A stretch of DNA of 53,075 nucleotides from Flavobacteriaceae bacterium (GCA_036170135.1 JAVHOP010000010.1:1-53075), one strand, 5' to 3'; counted from the first letter of the stretch, positions 8,073 through 17,542 are shown. Program-made: numbers and translations. Notes: generated by a model not told the origin, from the letters alone.

Positions 8073-10520
8073 CTAAAGTTTTAATTTTAATTCTAAACCA
8101 ATACTTCTTTCACTAGGTGGTGAGGCAACAAACTCATAATTGTGTGTATCAAATATATTGTTTACATAGCCTCCTAAAGAGAATTTGTTAGTGATATTAT
8201 ATCCAAAATTTAAACTTAGGGAAAAGCCTCCTAATGGTCCGTAATTAAATTTTTTGCCAACGCGTTGTCCAACTACAACAGGGTCGCCTCCAATCATAAT
8301 ATCAGTATTTGTTTTGGCTGATACATTTCTTCCTGAAAAGAAATCATATTTTTGAATCCAACGTGATAGCAATGAGCCATAAAAATTATTGTTTTTAAAA
8401 TTAAAAGCAGAACTAATTTTATTTTTTGGTGTATTAATAGGTAAATCTAATACTGTAACTACACCATTTCTATCGCCATCATTAGCCATATCATTTTTAT
8501 CTAACGAAAAATTAAAGTATGAATAATTAAAAGATATACTATAGCTATCATTAAAATAATAGTTTAATCCAAAATCAAACCCATAAGTATCAACTTTTCC
8601 AAAATTTAAATAGGTTAAGATATACCCACCTGCTGGATAAAATCCAGGAGCTAAACCTCCTGTTAATTCTTCAATTGGTTGATCTCCCCTAAGTTTTACC
8701 ACTGGACCTCCAGACAAACCTGTTGGTACGATATTGGTTAGTGGACTTAAAAAGTTTTCGGATATATTATAATATGCATTTGCATCAATAAATAATTTAT
8801 TCTCTATTAAAGTTCCTTTGTATCCAGCTTCAAAAGTTTTTACTTTTTCTATTTCAGCTGGTTTTATTTTAGTGCCATCAGATAATGTAAATCCTACCCC
8901 ATTACCTAATATCACGCCACCAAATAAATTACCACTTAAATTTAATATAGTTGGTGCTGTTACACCTTTGCCATATGTAAGTCTCCAAGTACCTTTATCT
9001 TTTGAATAAGTTATTCCTATCTTAGGTATAAAATTAAAACCATATAAATCATGATCATCTCCTCTAGCTGCTGCAACAATTTTTACGCCAGAATCACCTA
9101 TTTTATAATCTAGCTGTCCATAAATTCCTTTTTGTTCAAGGTAAATTGGTCCAGTGGCATCAATTAAATAGGTGTCTCTACTATCGGCTTTATCTTTTTG
9201 ATATTGAGCACCAATAATGTAATCTAAATTATCTATACTATTATGATATTGCAATTCAGCATTTAAACGATCTGATTTGTCAACGAATATAGGTGGATTA
9301 ATTCCTCCATAAGACCCTGCTAAAGCTTCTTGATTTGTTTTTCCCTTTGCAATTAGTCCCCAATAGTTTTCGGTACGTGTTGTTATGGCATAAGTACTAT
9401 CAGTAGAACTAATTGTTTTATACAATTGTGCGAAAAAATGTTTTGAAGTATATGTACCATGTAAATATTTTATCTTCCAATCTTTTATTTGGTTTCTACC
9501 AACACTTGTAACGGCCAAATAGCTGCTGTTACTTGTACCATAATTCAATTTTATTTCACTACTTGTAGTTGGTTTATAGTAAACTGAAGCTTCTGCTTTT
9601 AAAAATTTTGATTTACGGTCAAGCTCCAATTCTGGATGTGCTTTTCCTGCAACATAAACAGAATCAGTCCAATTTACATCTGTACCTTCTAAATAACCAC
9701 CCGTAATTTTATAAGCCCACTTATCACTTAATTTTTGGGCATGTCTAAATCTTGTGCTAAAAGTGTTAAAAGAACCTCCTCCAACTACAATTTCAGTACC
9801 TGGATATTTCCATGGCGTTTTAGTAATCGTGTTTATCAATCCATTAGAGGCATTTGGTCCGTATAATGCAGAAGATGGTCCAAGAACTATCTCAATTCGT
9901 TCAATATCTTCTTTGATTATAGGACTTAATGGACCCATAGGTAAGCCCGTGGCTATTAATGAAGAAAGTCTATTATCGTCTAATTGGAGCATTTTAGGAT
10001 TAAATGCAGAATTGAAACCTCTCACATTAAAACCACTTACAAAAGCACCTGTTTTTATAAAATCAATGCCCTTTTGTTGCGCAATTAATTCACTGGGATC
10101 TCCTGTAAAATTATCCAATACCCTAGCATTAATAACATTGATTGTTGCGGGTGCTTCTGTAATTTTTTCAAGTCTCCTTGATGCTGATGTTACCACAATA
10201 TCATCAAACTTTTGATAACTGCTATTAAGAATTATAACACCCATATCAACCATATCTCCATTTATGGTTACTTGTGTTTTGTATGTTGTGTATCCCAAAA
10301 AGGATATTGAAACCGTATAGGTACCATTGTTAATATTTTTGAATTCAAAATCGCCATTTAAATCAGACGTTGTACCTTTGCTTAGGTTTTCAATAAAAAT
10401 ACTCGCTTGTGATACTTTTCCACCATCTTCATCAGTAATAGTTCCTTTTAGCCCGCCTTGCGAATAAATGGAGTTAAAGATGAATAAACAAATCAAATAA
10501 AAAATAAAGTTTTTTTTCAT
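8073..10520 (-). CDS. TonB-dependent outer-membrane receptor with N-terminal CarboxypepD_reg domain (no SusD partner)
   Basis: Signal peptide followed by a carboxypeptidase-regulatory-like fold (GTITDEDGG...GTYTVSISFLGY). A plug region (ITEAPATINVI) and a long beta-barrel rich in aromatic-X-aromatic strands follow, for 815 aa in total. Confidence 0.9.
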   Translation of the reverse strand: MKKNFIFYLICLFIFNSIYSQGGLKGTITDEDGGKVSQASIFIENLSKGTTSDLNGDFEFKNINNGTYTVSISFLGYTTYKTQVTINGDMVDMGVIILNSSYQKFDDIVVTSASRRLEKITEAPATINVINARVLDNFTGDPSELIAQQKGIDFIKTGAFVSGFNVRGFNSAFNPKMLQLDDNRLSSLIATGLPMGPLSPIIKEDIERIEIVLGPSSALYGPNASNGLINTITKTPWKYPGTEIVVGGGSFNTFSTRFRHAQKLSDKWAYKITGGYLEGTDVNWTDSVYVAGKAHPELELDRKSKFLKAEASVYYKPTTSSEIKLNYGTSNSSYLAVTSVGRNQIKDWKIKYLHGTYTSKHFFAQLYKTISSTDSTYAITTRTENYWGLIAKGKTNQEALAGSYGGINPPIFVDKSDRLNAELQYHNSIDNLDYIIGAQYQKDKADSRDTYLIDATGPIYLEQKGIYGQLDYKIGDSGVKIVAAARGDDHDLYGFNFIPKIGITYSKDKGTWRLTYGKGVTAPTILNLSGNLFGGVILGNGVGFTLSDGTKIKPAEIEKVKTFEAGYKGTLIENKLFIDANAYYNISENFLSPLTNIVPTGLSGGPVVKLRGDQPIEELTGGLAPGFYPAGGYILTYLNFGKVDTYGFDFGLNYYFNDSYSISFNYSYFNFSLDKNDMANDGDRNGVVTVLDLPINTPKNKISSAFNFKNNNFYGSLLSRWIQKYDFFSGRNVSAKTNTDIMIGGDPVVVGQRVGKKFNYGPLGGFSLSLNFGYNITNKFSLGGYVNNIFDTHNYEFVASPPSERSIGLELKLKL

Positions 10521-10531
10521 AATAATTAGGT

Positions 10532-11092
10532 TTAGATTAAGTTAGTTATATACTTTGTTTTCATTATATTAGAGGCTTTTTTTAATAATATTTCATTATG
10601 ATTTGATAAATAAGAAGCGAAAACACCTACCCTAAATATTTCAAATTCAAAAGATTCACTGTTGGGATTTTTGTACCCCATTTCTTTCATCAATTCATAA
10701 ACCTTACGTCTAAAATTCTTAGAGTGTTCAAGAACTTTATTTAAAATAAGTTCTTTAGTATCTGGTTGATATAGCAAAGCCATATATAAATCCCAGAAAG
10801 GCCTCTCATCTTTTAATGACTTAAAAAAGACATCTATTATATTTTCCAATTCTTCTCTAGGAGTTAAACTTGGCTTTTGATTAATTATCAAATCAACTTT
10901 TAAAAGAATTAAATCTATCGTTGCATCAAGTAATTCCCTTTTAGTACCAAAATGATAGAATAATAAACCAGATGAAATTTTGGCTTTCTTACAAATTTCA
11001 GCTGTAGATGTCTTATGATAACCGTTTTTAGCAAACATTTTCATTGCGACTTGTAGGATATTTATCTTTGCACTTTTCTTTTCTGTTTCCAT
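10532..11092 (-). CDS. TetR/AcrR family transcriptional regulator
   Basis: N-terminal HTH ILQVAMKMFAKNGYHKTSTAEICKKAKISSGLLFYHFGTKRELL in 186 aa. It is the first gene of the cluster, 11 nt upstream of the TBDR. Confidence 0.9.
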   Translation of the reverse strand: METEKKSAKINILQVAMKMFAKNGYHKTSTAEICKKAKISSGLLFYHFGTKRELLDATIDLILLKVDLIINQKPSLTPREELENIIDVFFKSLKDERPFWDLYMALLYQPDTKELILNKVLEHSKNFRRKVYELMKEMGYKNPNSESFEFEIFRVGVFASYLSNHNEILLKKASNIMKTKYITNLI

Positions 11093-11111
11093 ATATTTAA
11101 AGTTTAAAAAA

Positions 11112-11133
11112 ACTAACTAAGTAATCAGTCAGT
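11112..11133 (-). promoter_or_regulatory. Candidate TetR operator (imperfect 22-bp palindrome)
   Basis: ACTAACTAAGT|AATCAGTCAGT matches its own reverse complement at 16 of 22 positions. It lies 20 nt upstream of the tetR start codon. Confidence 0.25.
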
Positions 11134-11298
11134 AAATATATAAAATATATTGATTTTACAATATCGGTTTCTTAATTTTTTTTTAACTTTTAATTTATTG
11201 AAAAACAGGTGAATAAAAAATATAGTATTTAATATTATTGAAATTGTCCATTTTCAAAAATTATGAAATGGCTTTTAAAAGGAAGTCTTTTCGTTCTA

Positions 11299-12114
11299 TT
11301 ATGCTAGAAGAGCATAAGCAACCAACCATAAAATTGGAATACCTTCAACCCAAAAGGCGCTATAATATTTGTTTTGATTTGTGGATGATTTAAGCAATAA
11401 AAATCCTAAACAAACAGCTATCAAACCATCAATCCATAAATATTTTGTCTTTATATAAAAACAGTCAATAGCTAAAAATAATCCCAAAAATATCAATCCC
11501 AATATTTTAGTGTTCTTTACGCCTAGCCAAATTGGCAACGTTAGTAATGATTCAGAATCATATAATACATCTCTGATATCGAACGATAATGTTAAAGCAA
11601 CTACAAATAAAAACCGCTGAAAAAATAACCATAAACCAGTATTGTTAAATATTCCGTATTGCATCAAAGGAAATAAAACGGTGATTCCAGCCCACGAAAA
11701 AGCAATGAGAAATATCTTAATTGCTGGTAAATTTCTGAGGTTAATATTTTTTGAAATGAAAGGAGGCAATACATATAATAGGGTTAAAAAGGCAAACGGA
11801 ATTAAGATAAACAAAGCCTGTAAACGTATTTTGAAAATCAGATAAACACAAGCCAAAAATGATAAAATACTCAACAAAATCAAATCGGTCTTATTGCTTT
11901 TCAACCATTTAAAATACCACGACTTGACCTGTTTTAAACGCGTTAAGCGAATATAATTATAAGATAATATCGTAGCAAAAAACACAAATAACGGAACTGT
12001 ATTATCACTGTTTTTACAATCTAACAAGGTTATTTTAGTTAGACTAAAACTGGATAATGCCACATGAATATTGCTAAAAATATAAAAATTGAAAATTTTT
12101 TTTAAAAGGCTCAT
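11299..12114 (-). CDS. Polytopic membrane protein with distant UbiA-prenyltransferase-like features
   Basis: About 8 hydrophobic segments. The motifs LRNLPAIKIFLIAFSW and FDIRDVLYD resemble the UbiA-family second Asp-rich region. No first NxxxDxxxD motif was seen. Confidence 0.45.
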   Translation of the reverse strand: MSLLKKIFNFYIFSNIHVALSSFSLTKITLLDCKNSDNTVPLFVFFATILSYNYIRLTRLKQVKSWYFKWLKSNKTDLILLSILSFLACVYLIFKIRLQALFILIPFAFLTLLYVLPPFISKNINLRNLPAIKIFLIAFSWAGITVLFPLMQYGIFNNTGLWLFFQRFLFVVALTLSFDIRDVLYDSESLLTLPIWLGVKNTKILGLIFLGLFLAIDCFYIKTKYLWIDGLIAVCLGFLLLKSSTNQNKYYSAFWVEGIPILWLVAYALLA

Positions 12115-12195
12115 ATCACAAATATATCTAAATATTTAACATCATTTTACCATTTACTTTCGCACTAATAAGTCCAATTTTTCTTAAAATTTAAG

Positions 12196-12203
12196 TACTT
12201 TTG
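12196..12203 (+). promoter_or_regulatory. Candidate Bacteroidota -7 box upstream of gcvP
   Basis: TACTTTTG matches TAnnTTTG and lies 29 nt before the ATG. No clear -33 TTTG was found. Confidence 0.3.
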
Positions 12204-12231
12204 GGCAACTAATTTAAAACAAATAAACACC

Positions 12232-15081
12232 ATGGAAACTTCGGCTTTCGCATCGCGACATATAGGTCCAAACACCAGTGAATTAAAAGAAATGTTACAA
12301 ACTATTGGGGTTGATTCTCTAGATGAATTAATTGACAAAACCATTCCAAAAAACATCCGATTAAAAGCCAATTTAGACCTTCCAAAAGCCATGTCTGAAT
12401 ATGAGTTTACAAACTTTATAAACAAACTTGGACTCAAAAATAAATTGTATAAAACCTATATTGGTTTGGGGTATCACCCAACAATACTTCCAGCTGTTAT
12501 CCAACGCAATATTTTCGAAAACCCAAGTTGGTACACTTCGTATACCCCTTATCAAGCCGAAATCTCGCAAGGTCGTTTAGAAGCGCTCTTGAATTTTCAA
12601 ACTATGGTTTGCGATTTAACCGGATTTAGCTTGGCTAATTCCTCTCTTTTAGACGAGGCTACTTCGGCTGCCGAAGCCATGATTATGTTATTTAACGGTC
12701 GAAGTCGCACTCAAATTAAAGACGGTGTCAATCAATTTTTAGTTTCTGATGATGTGCTTCCACAAACTAAATCAGTTTTAGAAACACGTTCGGTACCACT
12801 CGGAATTGAATTGGTTTTTGGAAGTATAAACAATACTGAGCTAACTTCAAAAATATTTGGTGTTATTGTACAATATCCAGGAAAATTCGGACAAGTAAAT
12901 AACTACAGCCCTTTTATAGAAAAAGCACATCAAAAAGATATCAAAGTCGTTATGGCTGCCGATTTATTGAGTTTGGTTTTACTAAAATCACCAGCAGAAT
13001 TAGGTGCTGATGTCGCTGTTGGCACAAGCCAGCGCTTTGGTATTCCACTTGGTTATGGCGGACCACACGCCGGTTATTTTGCGACTTCAGATGCCTATAA
13101 ACGTCAAATCCCAGGTAGAATTATCGGCATTTCTAAAGACGCACAAGGCAATCGCGCTTTGCGAATGGCGTTACAAACCAGAGAACAACACATCAAACGC
13201 GAAAAAGCAACTTCAAACATTTGTACAGCCCAAGTATTTTTAGCCGTTATGGCTGGCATGTATGCTATTTATCACGGTGCCGATGGTTTAAAACGCATCG
13301 CTAAAAAAATCCATTCGCTTGCCAATATTTTAAATGGTGCCATTCTAAAAATGGGCCTAAATCAGATTAATACTGCATTTTTCGACACTTTGCAAATTAA
13401 AGTTAAAGATGCTGCTAAACTAAAAATACTTGCCGAACAACAAGAAATCAACTTTTTAATAATCGATAAAACTACCATTGGCATTTCTTTAAACGAAACA
13501 ACTTCTTTAGATGATGTCAAAGAAATTGTAGCTGTTTTAGCTAAAGCTGAAGGGAAGACGGCTCTAAATATTACTGACTATTTTGAATCAACTTCAATTC
13601 CGAAAGATTTGCAAAGAACTTCTGATTTCTTAAATAATGAAGTATTTGAAAAATATCATTCCGAAACCGAAATGATGCGTTATATAAAAACCTTAGAAAA
13701 GAAAGATATCTCTTTGACAAACAGTATGATTTCTTTAGGTTCTTGTACGATGAAGCTAAATGCCGCAACTGAAATGTTGCCATTAAGTTCGGCTAATTGG
13801 AATAGCATTCATCCTTTTGTGCCGTTTAGTCAAGCCGAAGGTTATCAAGAACTAATTAAAGATTTAGAACATTCGTTAAATGTTATCACGGGTTTTGCAG
13901 CCACTTCATTACAACCAAACTCAGGTGCTCAAGGCGAATATAGTGGTTTGATGACGATTAGGGCTTATCACATTTCAAAGGGTGATTCTCATCGAAATAT
14001 CGTGTTAATTCCTTCTTCTGCGCACGGTACCAATCCAGCTTCGGCAGTGATGGCAGGATTCAATGTTATGGTTACAAAAACCACTCCCGAAGGCAATATT
14101 GATGTTGAAGACATCAAAGAAAAAGCACTGCTTTATAAAGATAATTTAGCAGCCTTAATGGTAACCTATCCATCTACGCACGGTGTTTTTGAAACATCAA
14201 TTACAGAAATCACTAAAATTATTCACCAAAATGGTGGTCAAGTTTATATGGATGGCGCTAATATGAATGCTCAAGTTGGCTTGACAAATCCAGCTACTAT
14301 TGGAGCAGATGTATGCCATTTGAATCTTCATAAAACATTTGCCATTCCTCACGGTGGTGGCGGACCAGGCGTTGGACCAATTTGTGTAGCAAAACATTTA
14401 GCTCCTTTTTTACCAACTAATGCAGTTGTTAAAACTGGCGGAACGCAAGCAATTCCAGGCGTTTCTGCAGCTCCATGGGGTTCTGCTTTAGTGGATATTA
14501 TCGCATATGCTTATATCAAAATGTTAGGAGGAAAAGGTTTAAAAATGGCTACCTGTTATGCTATTTTGAATGCAAACTATTTAAAAGCTGCTTTAAAAGA
14601 TGATTTTAAAACACTTTATTCAGGTGAAAACGGATTTGTAGGTCACGAAATGATTCTCGATTTTAGACATATTAAACCGCAATATGGTGTTGATGTTACA
14701 GATGTTTCAAAACGCTTAATGGATTTTGGCTATCACGCACCAACGCTATCGTTCCCAGTTCATGATACCTTAATGATAGAGCCAACTGAAAGTGAAAATA
14801 AAGCTGAGTTAGATAAGTTTATTGCTACCATTAAATGTATCCGTCAAGAAATTTTAGCATATCAAAAAGACAAAGATTCTGCTTTAAAAAATGCACCACA
14901 TACCGAAGCTATGGTTACTGCTGATGAATGGAATTATACTTATGGCAGACAACACGCTGCATTTCCATTAGATTTTATTAAAGTAAGTAAATTTTGGCCA
15001 AGTGTAAGTCGCGTTGATGATGGTTATGGCGATAGAAACCTTGTTTGCACTTGTAATCCTATTGAAGATTATATGAACTAA
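12232..15081 (+). CDS. gcvP: Glycine dehydrogenase (decarboxylating), single-chain P protein
   Basis: 949 aa, beginning FASRHIGP, with a PLP-lysine region NLHKTFAIPHGGGGPG. Confidence 0.97.
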   Translation: METSAFASRHIGPNTSELKEMLQTIGVDSLDELIDKTIPKNIRLKANLDLPKAMSEYEFTNFINKLGLKNKLYKTYIGLGYHPTILPAVIQRNIFENPSWYTSYTPYQAEISQGRLEALLNFQTMVCDLTGFSLANSSLLDEATSAAEAMIMLFNGRSRTQIKDGVNQFLVSDDVLPQTKSVLETRSVPLGIELVFGSINNTELTSKIFGVIVQYPGKFGQVNNYSPFIEKAHQKDIKVVMAADLLSLVLLKSPAELGADVAVGTSQRFGIPLGYGGPHAGYFATSDAYKRQIPGRIIGISKDAQGNRALRMALQTREQHIKREKATSNICTAQVFLAVMAGMYAIYHGADGLKRIAKKIHSLANILNGAILKMGLNQINTAFFDTLQIKVKDAAKLKILAEQQEINFLIIDKTTIGISLNETTSLDDVKEIVAVLAKAEGKTALNITDYFESTSIPKDLQRTSDFLNNEVFEKYHSETEMMRYIKTLEKKDISLTNSMISLGSCTMKLNAATEMLPLSSANWNSIHPFVPFSQAEGYQELIKDLEHSLNVITGFAATSLQPNSGAQGEYSGLMTIRAYHISKGDSHRNIVLIPSSAHGTNPASAVMAGFNVMVTKTTPEGNIDVEDIKEKALLYKDNLAALMVTYPSTHGVFETSITEITKIIHQNGGQVYMDGANMNAQVGLTNPATIGADVCHLNLHKTFAIPHGGGGPGVGPICVAKHLAPFLPTNAVVKTGGTQAIPGVSAAPWGSALVDIIAYAYIKMLGGKGLKMATCYAILNANYLKAALKDDFKTLYSGENGFVGHEMILDFRHIKPQYGVDVTDVSKRLMDFGYHAPTLSFPVHDTLMIEPTESENKAELDKFIATIKCIRQEILAYQKDKDSALKNAPHTEAMVTADEWNYTYGRQHAAFPLDFIKVSKFWPSVSRVDDGYGDRNLVCTCNPIEDYMN

Positions 15082-15184
15082 TTTTTAAGTTGAATGATTT
15101 GAGTGGCAAGTTTATCCCATTCTTTATAATGATTTTATAATCTGATAGGTTGCGATATCGTTTTAGTTGTTTTTAAAAATGTAA

Positions 15185-15216
15185 TTGTTAAAAATGCAAT
15201 TAAAATAGTATTTTTG
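15185..15216 (+). promoter_or_regulatory. Candidate sigma-A promoter for pdhA-E2
   Basis: TTG at 15185-15187 and TATTTTTG (TAnnTTTG) at 15209-15216, with a spacer of about 21 nt. It lies 32 nt before the ATG. Confidence 0.4.
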
Positions 15217-15247
15217 CCTCTTAACAATTTTCAATTTTAATGATTAT

Positions 15248-16246
15248 ATGATAAAGATTACCAAACAAACTTATTTAGATTGGTATAAAAACATGTTGTT
15301 TTGGCGCAAATTTGAAGACAAACTTGCTGCCGTTTACATCCAACAGAAAGTTCGCGGATTTTTGCATTTATACAACGGTCAAGAAGCAGTTTTAGCAGGC
15401 GCTTTACACGCAATTGATTTAAGTAAAGACAAGATGATTACAGCCTATCGCAACCATGTGTTGCCAATTGGCATGGGCGTTGATCCCAAGCGCGTAATGG
15501 CAGAATTATACGGCAAAAAAACTGGAACCTCGCAAGGTTTAGGTGGCTCTATGCACATCTTTTCTAAAGAACACGGATTTTACGGCGGTCACGGAATTGT
15601 TGGCGGGCAGATTCCCTTAGGTGCTGGTTTAGCTTTTGCCGATAAATATTTTGACCGTAAAGCAGTTACCTTAACATTTTTTGGTGATGGCGCTGCCAGA
15701 CAAGGCGTGCTTCACGAAACTTTAAATATGGCGATGAACTGGAAACTACCTGTCGTTTTTATCGTCGAAAATAATGGCTATGCTATGGGAACTTCGGTAG
15801 CTAGAACATCAAATAGTGAAGAAATTTGGAAATTTGGATTAGCTTATGATATGCCTTGCAAACCTGTTGATGGCATGAATCCGGTAAAGGTAGCCGAAGC
15901 CGTTTTTGAAGCTGCAGAATACGCTCGAAGCGGGAAAGGTCCCTCATTTTTAGAAATGAAAACCTATCGCTATCGCGGTCATTCAATGAGTGATGCACAA
16001 CATTACAGAACTAAAGATGAAGTTGCCGAATACAAAAAGATAGATCCTATTAAACAAGTTTTAGAAGTTATCCAAACACAAAAATACGCTACCGATGATG
16101 AGATAAAAGCCATCAATCAAGCAGTGAAAGAAGAAATTGATGAATGCGAAAGATTTGCAGAAACTTCAGCTTATCCGGATAAAGATTTGATGTACAATAT
16201 CGTTTATCAACAAAACAATTATCCATTTTTAAAACATAGAATTTAA
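15248..16246 (+). CDS. pdhA: Pyruvate (2-oxoacid) dehydrogenase E1 component, alpha subunit
   Basis: ThDP-binding region GDGAARQGVLHETLNMAMNWKLPVVFIVENNGYAMGT and YRYRGHSMSD in 332 aa. Confidence 0.93.
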   Translation: MIKITKQTYLDWYKNMLFWRKFEDKLAAVYIQQKVRGFLHLYNGQEAVLAGALHAIDLSKDKMITAYRNHVLPIGMGVDPKRVMAELYGKKTGTSQGLGGSMHIFSKEHGFYGGHGIVGGQIPLGAGLAFADKYFDRKAVTLTFFGDGAARQGVLHETLNMAMNWKLPVVFIVENNGYAMGTSVARTSNSEEIWKFGLAYDMPCKPVDGMNPVKVAEAVFEAAEYARSGKGPSFLEMKTYRYRGHSMSDAQHYRTKDEVAEYKKIDPIKQVLEVIQTQKYATDDEIKAINQAVKEEIDECERFAETSAYPDKDLMYNIVYQQNNYPFLKHRI

Positions 16247-16257
16247 CAGAAATAATT

Positions 16258-17529
16258 ATGGCAGAAATAATTACAATGCCCAGATTAAGTGATACAATGA
16301 CCGAAGGTGTTGTTGCGGTATGGCATAAAAAAGTAGGCGATAAAATTGCTGAAGGTGATATTCTTGCAGATATTGAAACCGATAAGGCAACCATGGAATT
16401 TGAGTCGTTTTACGAAGGAACTTTACTTTATATCGGCATTCAAGAAGGTGATGGTGCGCCAGTTGATTCTTTGTTAGCAATTATTGGTGATAAAGATGAT
16501 AATGTCGAAACTTTATTAAAAGAACACAATCATATAGTTGCAAAAATAACGCCTGTTAAAACAGATACCAAAGTTGTTGAAATACCTAAACCGGAATTGG
16601 CAATAAATCCTATTGTTGCAAAAGAAACTCCAATTGCTACTCCAATTATATCAACACCTATTCAGCAAGCAAATAGCGGTAGAATTTTCGCATCGCCATT
16701 AGCAAAAAAATTAGCGAACGAAAAAGGTGTTAATATTCAGAATATTTCTGGAAGCGGTGAAAATGGTCGCATTGTAAAGAGTGATGTCGAAAATTTTAAA
16801 GGGGTTTCGGCTGTGGCTCAAAATTCTTTTGTTGCCTCATCAACCGAGAGTTTTGAAGAACGAAAAAATTCGCAAATGCGCAAGGCTATTGCTAGAGGTT
16901 TAGCAGCATCAAAATTTACAGCTCCTCATTATTATTTGAGTATTAGTTTGGATATGGATAATGCAATCTCATTTAGAAATCAGGCAAACCAAATGCCAGA
17001 TACAAAAATATCTTTTAATGACCTAGTTGTTAAAGCTGTTGCTATTGCCCTTAGATCACATAAACAAGTCAATTCGCAATGGACTGAAAACAGTATGATT
17101 ATTAACAATCACATTCATATTGGCGTTGCTGTTGCTGTTGAAGATGGTTTGGTTGTCCCTGTTATAAAGTTTGCTGATCAAAAATCGATGACACAAATTG
17201 GTGCAGAAGTTCAAGAATTGGCTGGTAAAGCAAGAACAAAAAAAATACAACCTCAAGATATGGAAGGGAGTACCTTTACGGTTTCAAATTTAGGAATGTT
17301 TGGTATTGAGGATTTTACATCTATAATAAATGCGCCAAACTCAGCAATTTTATCGGTTGGAACCATAATACAGAAACCCGTTGTAAAAAACAATACCATT
17401 GTAATAGGAAATGTGATGAAAGTGACTTTAGCCTGCGATCACAGAACGGTTGATGGCGCCACCGGAGCAAAATTTTTACAAAGCTTTAAACAATTAATAG
17501 AGAATCCGGTATTGTTACTCTTGCAATAA
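16258..17529 (+). CDS. Dihydrolipoamide acetyltransferase (E2) with a single lipoyl domain
   Basis: Lipoyl-lysine motif IETDKATMEFES, a subunit-binding domain (ASPLAKKLANEKGV) and the catalytic motif DHRTVDGA. Confidence 0.93.
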   Translation: MAEIITMPRLSDTMTEGVVAVWHKKVGDKIAEGDILADIETDKATMEFESFYEGTLLYIGIQEGDGAPVDSLLAIIGDKDDNVETLLKEHNHIVAKITPVKTDTKVVEIPKPELAINPIVAKETPIATPIISTPIQQANSGRIFASPLAKKLANEKGVNIQNISGSGENGRIVKSDVENFKGVSAVAQNSFVASSTESFEERKNSQMRKAIARGLAASKFTAPHYYLSISLDMDNAISFRNQANQMPDTKISFNDLVVKAVAIALRSHKQVNSQWTENSMIINNHIHIGVAVAVEDGLVVPVIKFADQKSMTQIGAEVQELAGKARTKKIQPQDMEGSTFTVSNLGMFGIEDFTSIINAPNSAILSVGTIIQKPVVKNNTIVIGNVMKVTLACDHRTVDGATGAKFLQSFKQLIENPVLLLLQ

Positions 17530-17542
17530 AAATATATGACAT

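Larger units (their letters stand above)
163..11092 (-). other. Candidate nine-gene operon: tetR, TBDR, hydrolase, symporter, thiolase, FabH-like, CoA ligase, SDR, esterase
   Basis: All genes are on the same strand. Gaps are 11, 75, -4, -8, 20, 7 (or -38), -4 and 30 nt. ATGA / ATGAATAA stop-start overlaps are read directly at 1947-1950, 5644-5651 and 7149-7152. Confidence 0.65.

Noticed and set aside
9754-10215. 153-aa plus-strand ORF inside the TBDR gene. Similar long antisense ORFs occur at 19937-20386, 34230-34487, 37125-37424, 37433-37774, 43855-44175 and elsewhere.
   Set aside because: They lie entirely antisense to strongly supported conserved genes (TBDR, guaA, rpsE, rplN, rpsQ, fusA). 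Their composition is low-complexity and they carry no recognisable motifs, which is typical of shadow ORFs in AT-rich genomes.
12115-12231. Possible glycine riboswitch upstream of gcvP.
   Set aside because: The region is only 117 nt and very AT-rich. I could not find the conserved G/C-rich cores (GGAGAG / CACCG-type segments) or the tandem aptamer architecture.
12165-12437. 90-aa minus-strand ORF spanning the gcvP start. A 93-aa minus-strand ORF at 16113-16394 similarly spans the pdhA/E2 junction.
   Set aside because: Both are antisense to highly conserved coding sequence and have no motifs or plausible expression signals.
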